DNA of 58,581 nt, counting the filler, from Squatina squatina (Eukaryota), in assembly GCA_031763465.1 (NCBI GenBank). It is 4 parts of 4 records of this genome, joined end to end, with 100 filler letters (N's around TTAATTAATTAA, not from the genome) between each part and the next. Parts side by side here need not be neighbours in the genome. Positions count along the whole stretch, not along the records: positions 1 to 15,912 come from JARFOE010000120.1; 3 more parts are not named here. One strand, written 5' to 3'. Numbering within the stretch: the first letter of the stretch is position 1; the number at the start of each line of letters is the position of its first letter. A program made the position numbers and the translations under genes. Under the pieces are notes generated by a model. The model saw only the letters and a list, made by a program, of their open reading frames with translations, was not told the DNA's origin and searched no databases. Below, piece after piece: positions 1 to 12,006 of this stretch.

Positions 1-480
1 CCCTTATCCACTCTACTAGTTACATCCTCAAAAAATTCCAGTAAATTTGTCAAGCATGATTTCCCTTTCGTAAATCCGTGCTGACTTTGACCAATCCTGT
101 CACTGTTTTCCAAATGCTCTGCTATTGCATCTTCAGTAATGGACACTAGCATTTTCCCCTCTACCTATGTCAGGCTAACAGGTCTATCATTACCTGTTTT
201 CTCTCCCTCCTTTTTTAAATAGTGGGGTTACATTAGCTACCCTCCAATCCTGTTACTTAGCCAATCCTCTATCCAAGCTAATATATTACCCCAACACCCT
301 GAGCTCTTATCTTGCGCAGTAACCTTTTATGTGGCACTTTATCGAATGCCTTTTGGAAATCCATATGCACTACATCTACTGGTTCCCCTTTATCCACCCT
401 GATCATTACTTCCTCAAAGAACTGTAATAAATTCATCAAACATGATTTCCCTTTCATAAAACCATGTTCACTCTGCTTGA
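1..480 (-). mobile_element. Two adjacent CR1-clade LINE ORF2 (reverse transcriptase) fragments
   Basis: Minus strand of 1-90 reads SQHGFTKGKSCLTNLLEFFEDVTSRVDKG. 250-480 reads a second HGFMKGKSCL..FFEEV..VDKGEPVDVV..DFQKAFDKVPH..ILAWIEDWL. Both are hallmark CR1 RT motifs and are degenerate. Confidence 0.9.
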
Positions 481-1413
481 TTGTATTCTGAGTTTCCCTT
501 CATCACTACAGCCCAATCTAATTTGAATCAGTTCTAAAATTTAAAATATTATGTTTCTTGTCTCTTGAGAAGCCTATAATTTACAGCCATGAGTGGCTAT
601 AAGTCACAAGGATTTTTGTTTATCAACAGGTGCTAACAGTTGAAGTTTAACCCCACTAAATAACAGTCCTTCTCCAGGTTTTTCATCATCTTGCAACCAA
701 GGTCAAGATGTGTGATACAGCCATATATTAATGCTCATTCAGGAAGACACTTGAGTCATTGACTTGAATGATACCAATGGGATTTCCACTGATTTCAGTG
801 GGGAGCTGAGAAATGGGAAGTGACGCCTCGTCTGGAATGGATCTGGACTAGTTTATACTACAACAGGAAGGCACATAGCAACGCAAAAAGCATGTAATAT
901 GAACAAGACATAAACTGTTTAGATCTCAGCAATAATCATGAAAGTTCTGATTTTAAATTCAGATACATTCAATTCAAAAACCTGCTTTTTAAAAATTCTT
1001 GAACTTGAATCTAAACTTTGTTTTTGCAACAAAAGGGCTTGTGCTTGACACACACTGCATTAAACAAAGCTAAAGAGAGAAGTAGGAGATAAAGAAAACA
1101 AACACTAGGTTGCTATTAACACACCACACAGATTAAGCTGGGTTATTGTGTTGGAGCAACAGTAGAAGGACAGAGTACAGAATTCCCTCACTCCATTTGA
1201 ATTACCAGTTGCACATGCAATGGGGAAGGTTCGTCAATGGTGATACAAGCAGAAAGCTGGAAGCTGGTTATATGGTCCAAATCCAAAGCCATCAGTTCGA
1301 TTTCATCCATTTATAAAGAATTGTTTGAAGCGTTTATAAAATTTTCTTTGCGTTATTAGCTTCATGTTTTTCAGTTCTATTTAGTGAATTTGATGATTTT
1401 TGTGTTTTAACAG

Positions 1414-1492
1414 CTCCGAAATGCAGGTGAATATGAAGAACGTAAACTGATTAGAGCTGCTATACGCAAGCTCCGTGAACAGGAGATTGAAG
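1414..1492 (+). CDS. SMTN: Smoothelin internal coding exon (79 nt, phase 0 in, phase 1 out): LRNAGEYEERKLIRAAIRKLREQEIE
   Basis: Acceptor ttttaacag at 1405-1413 and donor G|gtgggt at 1493. The peptide matches the recalled human smoothelin repeat LRSAGEYEERKLIRAAIRRVRAQEIE. Confidence 0.93.
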
Positions 1493-2527
1493 GTGGGTTA
1501 ATCTGCGTACTTCATGCACAAGTACATTCAAATGATTTTTTTAATAACATAGTGTTTGTGCCCACGAGGCAGCTGCAGATTTGCTGTCTTTATTTAGCAA
1601 GTGATATTGACTGTAGCTACATTTTGCTTTGAGTTTTTTTTTCCTGTGAAAGTGTTATCACCCATACTAGAAAATCTAAGTTTAAAGGATAAGAACGCTG
1701 GTAAAAAATTGAAACCAAGGAAATGATCCAGTTGCCATTATGGTCAGTACTTGAGCACAAGTCCCCTCCACCACAGCTGCTTTAATAAAAAAGATGTCAA
1801 GTTTAAATTGTAGATCTGACTGAGGTTTCAAATTGTACCTACACTTTTTCCAGAGGGGTCACCAGACAGCAGTCAGGATCAAAAAGCCTGGCCACTTTTC
1901 TCTCTTTCCCTCTCATTTCATACAGCTCCTGCTTACGTCTAGCAGTACAGTTAGTGCGCAGCATTTNNNNNNNNNNNNNNNNNNNNNNNNNNNNNNNNNN
2001 NNNNNNNNNNNNNNNNNNNNNNNNNNNNNNNNNNNNNNNNNNNNNNNNNNNNNNNNNNNNNNNNNNTAGTTTGGTAATACATAAATATAACTTCAAGTAT
2101 TATATGCAGATTAAAGATTAAAAAAAGTGTTCTTCACAATTAAAGAAAACATACACTCTATGAAAACAATTCTGTTAGCAGGATAGCTTGTAATTACAGA
2201 CTTATTTTTAAACAAAACTAATAACTGAACCAACAAAATTAAAATCAAAATGGTAAGATTGGATGAAATTAAAATAAAGACACCAAGGGGTTTCACATAA
2301 GGTTCATCAAACAAAATTGAGCTGTCATTGTTTTTCAGTGGTGGTGAAACTAAGATATAATGGAAACATACGAGTTATTTGTGGAAAAATAAACCCACAT
2401 TTCAGTTTTTCAGCATGCCTAATACCTGTTTATATACAGTCACATTTATTGCTCTGTACTCATAAAGGGCTTTTCCTTCTTTGAGTAGTTGATAAAAGCA
2501 ATCTGTAATTAAGCCTTCGGAACCAGC

Positions 2528-2770
2528 AAGTCCCAGGTCTGCGCTGAGCTAGCTGAGTTAAGCTGGAGTGATGCAATTGGCTTTAACTCCCCTGGGCTTG
2601 GGAGTGGAAAATAAGCAAGGCTTCCTGTTGCTGATTGCTGACACCTGCTGAGAAACACATCTGTGTGGACATTAGTGAAGATCGGCAAACTCTGACCAGA
2701 CTGAGAATTGAACCTGCGACTTCTAGTCTGCATGGTTCACCCATCCCAAGTCTTTACTAACTCAGCTGGT
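2528..2770. mobile_element. Degenerate tRNA-derived SINE fragments
   Basis: The motif cccaggtctgcgctgagctagctga...caattggc...cccctgggc recurs in reverse orientation at about 9490-9635 and 42965-43070. A B-box-like ggttcaattctc lies on the minus strand near 2705-2716. Confidence 0.5.
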
Positions 2771-3117
2771 GGGGAATATTTTGTGTGTGTTATTAATTCT
2801 TCCTTTTGGTAGCCTGCATCTATTAACTTGCTGTGTAATGTTTGCCAGCGTAATAATTCAGGTTGTCAGAAATAACAGTGAAAGTATGTATAAATTACTT
2901 TTCAAGGCCTGCAGTTGATTGGGTCGTAAATTATTTACTACAGTAAAGACCCTCCACATCAATTGGCAACATATGTACACCTTCATCAGGGTGACCCGGG
3001 TGTTGATTTGAGCTCTAATGTTAAGTAATGTTAATCTTAGATTTTTTTAAGCCTAGGCGCCTCATGACTATAGATTACTTTTATATTTATATTATATACA
3101 GTATTAGCTTTGGCCAA

Positions 3118-3238
3118 GTGACAGGAAACAAAGTAGCGGTGAACGGTTGCTTATCGGACTGGAGGAAGGTACACAGTGGGATTCCTCAGGGGTCGGTACT
3201 AGGACCACTGCTTTTCTTGATATGTATTAATGACTTGG
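3118..3238 (+). mobile_element. CR1 LINE RT fragment
   Basis: [35 protein letters not shown] matches the non-LTR RT motif [17 protein letters not shown]. Confidence 0.9.
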
Positions 3239-3366
3239 CGGGCCCCAATTAGATAGTTAGCGCTGGNNNNNNNNNNNNNNNNNNNNNNNNNNNNNNNNNN
3301 NNNNNNNNNNNNNNNNNNNNNNNNNNNNNNNNNNNNNNNNNNNNNNNNNNNNNNNNNNNNNNNNNN

Positions 3367-3547
3367 CAAAAAAAAACACAAAATGCCGGAAAAACTCAAC
3401 AGCTTAGGTGGGCACTAACGGTGGAGAGAGACAAACAGAGTTAACGTTTCAGGTCGACGAAGGATCATCGACCTGAAACGTTAACTCTGTTTCTCTCTCC
3501 ACAGATGCTGCCCACCTGGTCTGCTGAATCTTTCCAGCAGTTTCTGT
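3367..3547. mobile_element. Palindromic (hairpin) non-autonomous repeat, Penelope-terminus-like; same family as 43808-43945
   Basis: Perfect 25-bp inverted repeat 3433-3457 / 3468-3492, extending to about 35 bp (3421-3502) with a 2-nt bulge and looser outer arms. The arm sequence is nearly identical to 43892-43926. Confidence 0.8.
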
Positions 3548-4989
3548 AAGCATTTGGTATCGTTCTGTAGAACAAGATATGAGTGATGGGATCAAATATA
3601 TATGCAGTACTGCACAGGACAGAGACCCACAACAGATTGGCTAGACCACTAGATAATTATTTCATATTTTTAATTAAAACTTCCAACATTAGATTTTATT
3701 TGATTGATTCTCAGAACCTTAAACTTAAAGAGAGGAAGAGAGGATTACTGATGAACTCTCGAGTGCCAGAGAAGGGGTTTTGGAATAGACTAGGAAACAG
3801 AATTATTTCACAGTGAAAGCCTCTGAAGGGTTGGCTTCAACTCTGGTAATTTTGCTGCTGCTGTCATTCAAGGCAGGAACTGCCCTGGGAAAGATGGTCG
3901 CACAGTGGTGGGAAGGTGGATCTGCACAATGAACGTCTGCAAGAGTTCATTACTCTCCTGGGGAAAGTGCACGCCCTGGGGCTGAGCTCATTTAAACAAG
4001 CGATTAAGCATCCGTTTCCACAAAGTACTACCTTCCTGCAGCAGTGATAGAGAAGACAGAGTGCCCAAACTGCTACTACAGTCTGTCTGCTTCACAATCT
4101 GAGAAGATGGAAAAGCATTTAACAGTAAGTGAGGTGTAACTGAATTTTGTACTGTTAGTTAACACTTTCCAGCCTGATACTTGCTTGCCAAGACAAAGCT
4201 CCAGCAACCAGTTTGACACCCATTTCTTATTTTACTGTTTCCTAACCTTTTTCTATTTCATTTTTCTGTAAAATTGGAAAAAAATAATCTTATCCTTCAA
4301 TCACACCAATTACACATCTTCCACAATTGAAGGACCATTTGAGGAACTTCTATGTGATCTCTGCAAGTGCTGCCGAGTAGAAAATGCGTGAGCATAGCCT
4401 GGAGCAATTGTTCCCTTTTGCTCCCTGCGCTTGGCCTTTGCTTGCCGTGGTAGGATGNNNNNNNNNNNNNNNNNNNNNNNNNNNNNNNNNNNNNNNNNNN
4501 NNNNNNNNNNNNNNNNNNNNNNNNNNNNNNNNNNNNNNNNNNNNNNNNNNNNNNNNNGATTCAGCATGTAGCGATCAAAGAATTATTTTGCTTTGTTGGT
4601 TCCCTGCGCTCTCTGTATCTAAATAAAATGTTAATGTGGCTTCCTGGATCAGCTAGCAAGAGGTGAGTTATCTCCACTCAAGGTGAACAGGTTATCTGCC
4701 ACTTCCACTTCCGATGAAGGGTAAATATGTCCACAACGACATAGTTGGCAACTAACAGAATTCATTGCACACAAGGCGATTGAGTTTCACTGCACATAGC
4801 ACAGACCTTTAAAAAGGTTATCTCTGAGGCTTAGTTATCTAAGCTGTGAGAGCTAAATGATCTGAAGATTCTTACTGCAAGGACATATAAATAAATCGTC
4901 CCCATGCAGCATTTCCAAATTATATTTTTGCCAATGTCCATAATCTGTAGTGTAATATCTGGAAATAACGAGAGGTACATTGACTGTCA

Positions 4990-5109
<120 letters not shown>

Positions 5110-6780
5110 CTACAGGAAGCAAATCATATTTAGAGTGAGGGACAGACATAATAGATATTCATTATGCAGTGGCTGCTACTCCACTTAGACGTTTGACGAT
5201 GAGAGATGAACTACATTGAAAGTGTGAGCAAGCTCTACGTACGATGAGCTGAACGGTTACCTTGACTTTCTCTGAGACTTCATCGTAAAGGTTAATGTTG
5301 AGCTTCTTAATTCAGTCATTGTTAAGAGGAGATGGGGAACTGAAGAATGAATACCTGCAGCTTTTCTGTGCATGTATGAGTGGCTAGGGACTTGGTAGAT
5401 TTTCTCATCTCCTTTCAGTCTAATGAGCTGTTGCACGCTGAGATCAGAGGTCAAAAAAGAAGCCCATTGTCAATCTAAGGCAGGCCTGCATATTTAAATG
5501 GAGTGCATAGCAACAGATTATGCTGGTCTCCAGCATACTGTGTCTTCATACTTAATTTATTTAAATCTCTCTGGGGTTTTTGCCCCTATTCTTGCCACTT
5601 TTGGCTCTAGGTTAAACTAAAAATGGACTACAAAAAACACAATTAAAGGGGTAACTTCACGTTTCATCAGAACCGCTGAGAACTGATGATACTTCCATTG
5701 AAAGACAAACTAAACTTTCCCTTTCCCTATCTGTGCTGAATGTTCATCATAACCAATGATGAGAATGTATCTGTGCAATGGAGAAGTAATTCTTTTTTCC
5801 TATCCTTCTATCACTTTTCTACCCTCTCTCCTGCTGTCCCTGTTGGGGTACAGTTCCATGGAACCAATCACCCTCTGTTACCTCGCACAAATTCCCAGTC
5901 TCTNNNNNNNNNNCCACTGCCTTCAATTTCTTTGCCTCTGGCTCTTTCCAGTGCACCACCAGAGACACAACGGGGGTCTCCCAGTTGCCTGCATGTAAAT
6001 GCATAAGGCAGGTGAAGAATGGATTGTTTGCCAGGGCAATGAGTTATGTAAACTTCTCATCTATGACTGGCTTCCTACAGGTACAGGGTGTCATCGATTT
6101 CACACACCTGGCAATCAAGGGCTATGAGGTCAACCAGGAGTATTAGTCAACTGTAATCGTATCCTCTCACCTGAGCTGGATTTTTCACCTTGGTGGAATC
6201 TCGGAGTGAAGTCAGTGGGTGGGCTCTGCATCCACGCAACTTGGTCATCACTAACTCCAACAAATTTTCTGAGCTTAATTTAAATAATTTTGACAGACTC
6301 TTGGTGGGATTCCTGTTTGCACTGGGAAACCCACCTTAGGGCCAAGAGAAGGAAAATAGCTGTTGTAGACATTGTAAACAGGGTGGAAATATCCCCCGTG
6401 ATCAATTACATTCTTTAACGGGGCTGTTTCAGATTTAAAAACCTTTTCGCATGCCATATCAACACTAGACACAATGGAAATTAACGTGGTAATTGTGATG
6501 TATGACATATTTGAATACTTTCCCCTTTATTTGGGTGGACACACTCAATAGCTGTCATCATTTCCAGCAGAAAATGACAGGCAGCTAGCAGAACAGCTGA
6601 TCAGCTGATTTCTTGCCTCACAGCGAAGCACGAATAGGGAGGTAGATGAAGGGAAGTGGATATCATCTGCTGGAGGGGAANNNNNNNNNNNNNNNNNNNN
6701 NNNNNNNNNNNNNNNNNNNNNNNNNNNNNNNNNNNNNNNNNNNNNNNNNNNNNNNNNNNNNNNNNNNNNNNNNNNNNNNN

Positions 6781-7491
6781 CCCACTCCGGTCCCAGAGAC
6801 CACAACCCCAATTCCCCTCTCAACATTAGTCCCACAGCTTATCTTCCATCTGTTACTGACCATCACAATGTCCTCTTGGCCACGATGCAGAATTAAAAGC
6901 CATCACAATGCAAACTTTCCAATCCACCTATATACATCTATCCATCCTATGTGTCATCAAGAAATCAGCTCATCTCCCGTATGCATTCTCTTAGCGAGTG
7001 TCTTGCATGTGCCTTTGCCTATCCTACTGATGTCACGCAGTGCAACCCTAGTGGCTGCAGCATGGCTGGTGGTAGGCTGCTGACTTTGTGGGGGGCACTG
7101 CAAATGGCTGGTTGACAAATTGAAGAGCTTGTGGCTGGGAGTGTCAAATCAATGATCTTCTGTTCTTGTTCTTCACTCTCTTCTCTTCTTGGTCACCCAC
7201 TGGCTGGGCAGGCTGCATTTCTTGGGTATGTGAAATGAGGAAGGCACAAGGGTAGAGTTGTGGTTATGGGAGGGTGGGAAAGCATGAGATGCATGCCAGG
7301 AGGAGGATAACGTATGAGGATGCCAGCATTTTGCATCCTTTCAGCCTCGCTGATGGCCAAGGGCTCAGCCATGTCCTTGCCATGAATGGCCATACTGTCT
7401 CCTCCAAAGGGGTGAGGTGAGGCTAGGATTGGAAGATGTGTCTCATGATTGGTGCAAATTGGTGGTAGGCGAGTGATTGAGAGTTGTGCAT
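6781..7491 (-). mobile_element. Probable decayed Harbinger-type DNA transposon sequence
   Basis: A contig bounded by gaps on both sides, with composition similar to the Harbinger relic around 40014-40330. No clean motif was recovered. Confidence 0.3.
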
Positions 7492-9640
7492 NNNNNNNNN
7501 NNNNNNNNNNNNNNNNNNNNNNNNNNNNNNNNNNNNNNNNNNNNNNNNNNNNNNNNNNNNNNNNNNNNNNNNNNNNNNNNNNNNNNNNNNNAGTGACAAC
7601 AGCAATTAATTGAAAATTTTATCTAAACAATCATCAGGGTATAACTACAGTGTTTTCGCTGACCCCGCTAAGTATTTGCATTTTTTTTTTATCATTGGCT
7701 TGATTTGTGCTGCAGCTACAAATTCATACTGGAACCTGTGGTATCAATGCTGTGGAATTGTTCATTTTGTACTGTGAGGTGGAAAGGTCCTAACCGGCTG
7801 TGTCCCAGATTTGCAATCACCTCATGTGCAGTTATTAAGCCCTTCCCATGGCTCAGGGAATCCAACCCTTTCCCACCTTCAGATCCACGAGAATGAATAG
7901 GAATATTGAGTGTAAGAGCCCCACAGCTAACTGTGATTTAGCCTTTTGTATGCTTGTCTAACCAAAAGAGACTGTTTACATTGTTTTCTCCAATTGGTAG
8001 ACGGCTGCTATGAAATAAACTCTCTTGAGTTGTAGAAGAGTACCATATGAGGTACTGAATTCGATTGAATAAACATTAACTGACCTCGATACAGTTATAA
8101 AAATGGAGATACTGTTTTGACAGAGTCATTATGTCATACCTTACCATCTGTGTCCTTCAAGGGATTTAGTGTAACCTTTTAAAGCAGCATTGCCTCATTA
8201 TTTTCAAATATTTGCCCAAACCAAACATTGTTACTTTATTTCCACCAAGTCCATTTTATTTAAATTTATTTGGTAGCACCTAATATCTCTGTTTTCTTTC
8301 CCGTCATGATCCTCTCTCTGACCTTGTAAAACCTGAGAATTTGACTGGCCATCCTGCTCCCCTGCCTCCACCAAAGGGGCTCTGCACAATCTACTGGGCT
8401 GTGTGTGACAGTGACGTGGGAATAATTCTTCCATCGGTTTTCTCTCCCTAACACAGTTGAGATTGAGAATTATGCAGCGTGCAAAATTAAACCAGAGTCC
8501 ATTCCCCACCGCCCCTGCCCCACCTAGCAAATAGCAGGGGTCCACTTGATGGTGTTTTACCATGCTGCAAGCCCCAGATGTTTTGGTAATTAATAAATCA
8601 TCATTCTGCAGTAAATATTTCAAAATTATCCTGAAGCTAGTTTTTAGAAAGAGAGAAGTGGGAAACATCTGTTTACCAGGCCAGTCTTATTCCATTAACT
8701 CATTACCCTCCTCACTCACATCACGGTAGTGGTATCTGAGGGGCAGTGACATGAGAACTTCACTGAATTGATGATTTTTTACAAAACAACAACCTAGAAA
8801 TTAGTGTCATCGATATAACAGCCAAACACATAATGCACTGGTATAGCGTTCCTTTGAAAGCTATTTTAGTCCATGTTTGTTTTAACAAGGTAAATAGCCT
8901 TTGGAAGAATGCCATACAAATGCATTAAGCATTTGATCGCAAATATCATCAACACTCATTTCGAGGTTAATTTCTGCATTTAAAACTATTTTAGAATACA
9001 CCTTAAATATGTGGCTCCATGTTGTCAATATTTATTTATTTTCTCTTACCCTCCCCATTTCTAGCCAGAAGGGCAAATGAGTGACTTATTTGCTCTTTGC
9101 TGCTACTCCTTTGTAACCAACCACTGGAAGTTACATCAAAAATGGCCTGAAATAATTTATCAACTAAGCTCTCCTACACCGTCAGTCTTTTTAAGATTAG
9201 GAATGTGGAGAATCACAAACCGATATGCCAGTTGCCCTGTAGCACAGTGCATTGGTATATGAACCTGCTCCATTATGTTTCATGGCTGGCCAATTCATTG
9301 TTTTAAAATATTGTATTTTCCCCCCAATTTTCTCCTTCCTTCCCTTAAGAATACTTAGTGTTGCTGGAGTACAGTTCCATGACCATTTGGAATCCTCCAA
9401 GTCCTCACCCAAGTGGACATTCTTCATGTCTGAGCCTGGACAATGAATATTGTCAAGAGTATTCAACTGTGATCCTGCCGAGCCTGAGGCCCAGCAGGAT
9501 ACTGATCAGTAGTGGGAACGATGGCTGATTTTACATTCCGCAGCCCAGGGTTGCTGAAGCCAATTGTAGTGCCCAATCCAATACCGCAGCTAAGATCAGC
9601 TCACTCAGTGCCAACCAGTGATCGAACCTGGGACCTCGTC

Positions 9641-9747
9641 CTACATTATAACAGTAACTGCACTTCAAAAGTTCTCCGTTGGCTGTAAAGCACTTTGGGA
9701 TGTCCTGAGGTCATGAAAGACGCTATATAAATGCAAGTCTTTTTCTT
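9641..9747 (+). mobile_element. 3' tail of Deu-domain-type SINE (SacSINE1/AmnSINE1-like)
   Basis: ctacattataacagt...cttcaaaag...gtaaagcactttgggatgtcctgaggtcatgaaagacgctatataaatgcaagtc. The same tail recurs at least seven times in the window. Confidence 0.75.
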
Positions 9748-10022
9748 TAAGGACCCGTGCTGCACTGTAACACATTTAGCTGCTAACATCAGGAGGTTGT
9801 AAAGAAAAATGGCGATTTTCTGACTTTATTTCGCTTCATTTTAAGGCCCCAATATGTTGGGCATTTTTTTTTCCCCCCCCCCCTCTTTTTAGGCTCTGAG
9901 CAATGACATTGTGAGAGTGTCGNNNNNNNNNNNNNNNNNNNNNNNNNNNNNNNNNNNNNNNNNNNNNNNNNNNNNNNNNNNNNNNNNNNNNNNNNNNNNN
10001 NNNNNNNNNNNNNNNNNNNNNN

Positions 10023-10630
10023 ATCACTGAGAGAGAGCATGTTCAGCTCTATCCAAAGGAACGGAAACGATTCACCACATTCTGGTTATAGTTTGACTTA
10101 TAGCACTGCCAAATCTAACTTTGCAAGTCCAGAGGTGTACAAAGGCTGGCCTAGGGCAACACCTTCATCGGTTTCTTCTTCTGGAAGCTTAAGTCATCCA
10201 ATTACACCTGGAGTTCCTGTAGAGGAATCAAGTAAGCCAACATTGCCCTTGTTGTCTTTTGATAAGGACTGTACTAAGAAATCCCTCATGCAGAACACTG
10301 ATACTGATAAATCATACATCAGGACTCCAGGGAGGAGCAACATAAGCAAGTCACAGACACACCAGCTTGCGTCAGAAAAGGACTCCAGTAAAACCCGCAC
10401 AGACAGCTCAGTGCACTTAGACCAACTCAGCTCTGCAAAGCACTCAGACCTGCCTGCTACATCATACAGCCACTTTCAACAAAGCTTTTCCAGACAAACG
10501 GAAAAAGAAAAAATACTGAACAACGACGAAGACAACATGAAGACACTTGTGACAATTGAAATCAAGGAGGGGCGGAACCCCGATCTTGTCTCTACAAGGA
10601 TCTCTGGCGCACCTTCCTCACAGAGGGGAG
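10023..10630 (+). CDS. SMTN: Smoothelin large S/T/P-rich exon (5' end lost in gap) ending ...MKTLVTIEIKEGRNPDLVSTRISGAPSSQRG
   Basis: Open frame of more than 200 codons ending at donor G|gtatgt (10631, phase 1). The C-terminal part matches recalled human SMTN MKTTFTIEIKDGRG...NQRA|E. Same strand and correct order relative to the exon at 1414. Confidence 0.88.
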
Positions 10631-11230
10631 GTATGTATGTTTAGGGATGTCTGTCTGTTTAAAGTAAACGGGCACATCTCAGTGTCTCAATAACTATTAT
10701 TCCACAGTTCCACAAAGAAATTATTTTAACATTCATTTCTTTTTAATGCTATACTGATTTTGCTTATTCGTGAAGTATTAACTTTTTATTTTTATAAAAC
10801 ATTTGCCTTTTATTCAAGCAGCACACTGCTACTCTGTGCTAATAATGAGTCATGACCCCCTTTGGTGATTTTACTGCAAACTTTCTGAGTGAGGTAATNN
10901 NNNNNNNNNNNNNNNNNNNNNNNNNNNNNNNNNNNNNNNNNNNNNNNNNNNNNNNNNNNNNNNNNNNNNNNNNNNNNNNNNNNNNNNNNNNNNNNNNNTG
11001 TCCATGAGTTCACAGTCCAAGGGAAGTATTGGGGTGCAGGGTGGGGTGGGGGGCGGTCCTCTACCTGAAAACTCATGACAAAAGTCCTCGTATGAGGGAG
11101 GGTGACGTGTTTGTTGATTACAGAGACAGGCTAAAGACTTGCTTTCTGTTTAAAATCTTTGAAGAGACAGACATGAGTATTTTAATCACCTTGCATCTCA
11201 GTTCATTTTTAAAATGTTGTGTTAATTAAT

Positions 11231-11290
11231 AACCTGGCGGTAAGGGAACATCTTGTGAATAATGACCAAAATATGATTGAATTTGATATT
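11231..11290 (+). mobile_element. CR1 endonuclease C-terminal fragment
   Basis: NLAVREHLVNNDQNMIEFDI resembles the APE-endonuclease motif V.E.LG.SDHNMIEF. It is truncated by the element starting at 11291. Confidence 0.6.
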
Positions 11291-12006
11291 GGCCCAGATT
11301 TTGCAGGGCCGATGACAGCGGACGCTGTGAGTCCTCAAAATGGCACCCCAAGTTCCAGGTTTTGTAATGCACAGCGAATGCGCAAAAAGCCCGAAACTTG
11401 TGCTGTGTGAAGTTTCTCCTTGATACACGTCCGCATGTGTGGCAAAATCACTTTCACTGCCGCAGAGTTAGGCTGTCTGCCCAGCAAATGCCCATGAAAA
11501 CCTGACACCTGCCATAGGGCCTACTTTCACCAGCGTGAGTGTTAAAATCAATGTTAAATTAAAATTTAAAAAATGATGAAAACATTAAAAAAATCTATAA
11601 TTAGTTTATAAAAATTTTGGACCGAATTTAAATGTTTTTATTATTTTTCAAAAAAAATAAACCTTTATGTTAAGTGCTTAATCGAAAGGACTTGTAATTA
11701 ATTTTCAACATGAGTATGTTTATTATTATTAGAATCGTGTTTTACTTAGGATTCTGTTCATAAACAGGATCCCCAAAAACTTATGAGGAGTCCCCTTTTC
11801 TCATTGGTTGGCATGGTTCACGTGATCCCAGGGACACTTCCAAACCTCCTGCATCCCTGGGATTCATGGGCCTTTGCGCTGACTTCTGCCTGGAGGTCCG
11901 AGACTGGAACTCTCTGCAGTTTTGGATGCCTGGCGGTAGGTTCGGATTTGTTTTGCGGGTCAGAGGCATTTTCCGGGGTTGCGCCTCCAACCGCAATTTC
12001 TATCCC
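11291..12006. mobile_element. MITE-like DNA element with imperfect terminal inverted repeats
   Basis: Left end GGCCCAGATTTTGC. The right end reverse-complements to GGGATAGAAATTGC. GC-rich arms flank an AT-rich core. Similar ends occur at 35534, 42077 and 48431. Confidence 0.4.

Noticed and set aside
5651-5712. CTGATGA...GAAA on plus (5683-5703) and ttctgatgaaacgt on minus
   Set aside because: No helix II pairing. At best a decayed copy of the palindromic repeat, not a functional ribozyme.
6522-6535. CArG box for the smoothelin-A promoter
   Set aside because: CC-TTTATTT-GG has seven A/T bases, not six. CCATATGAGG at 8043-8052 has a mismatch.
11031-11056. G-quadruplex motif (also 54899-54918)
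   Set aside because: Isolated G-runs are common in vertebrate DNA and nothing here suggests function.
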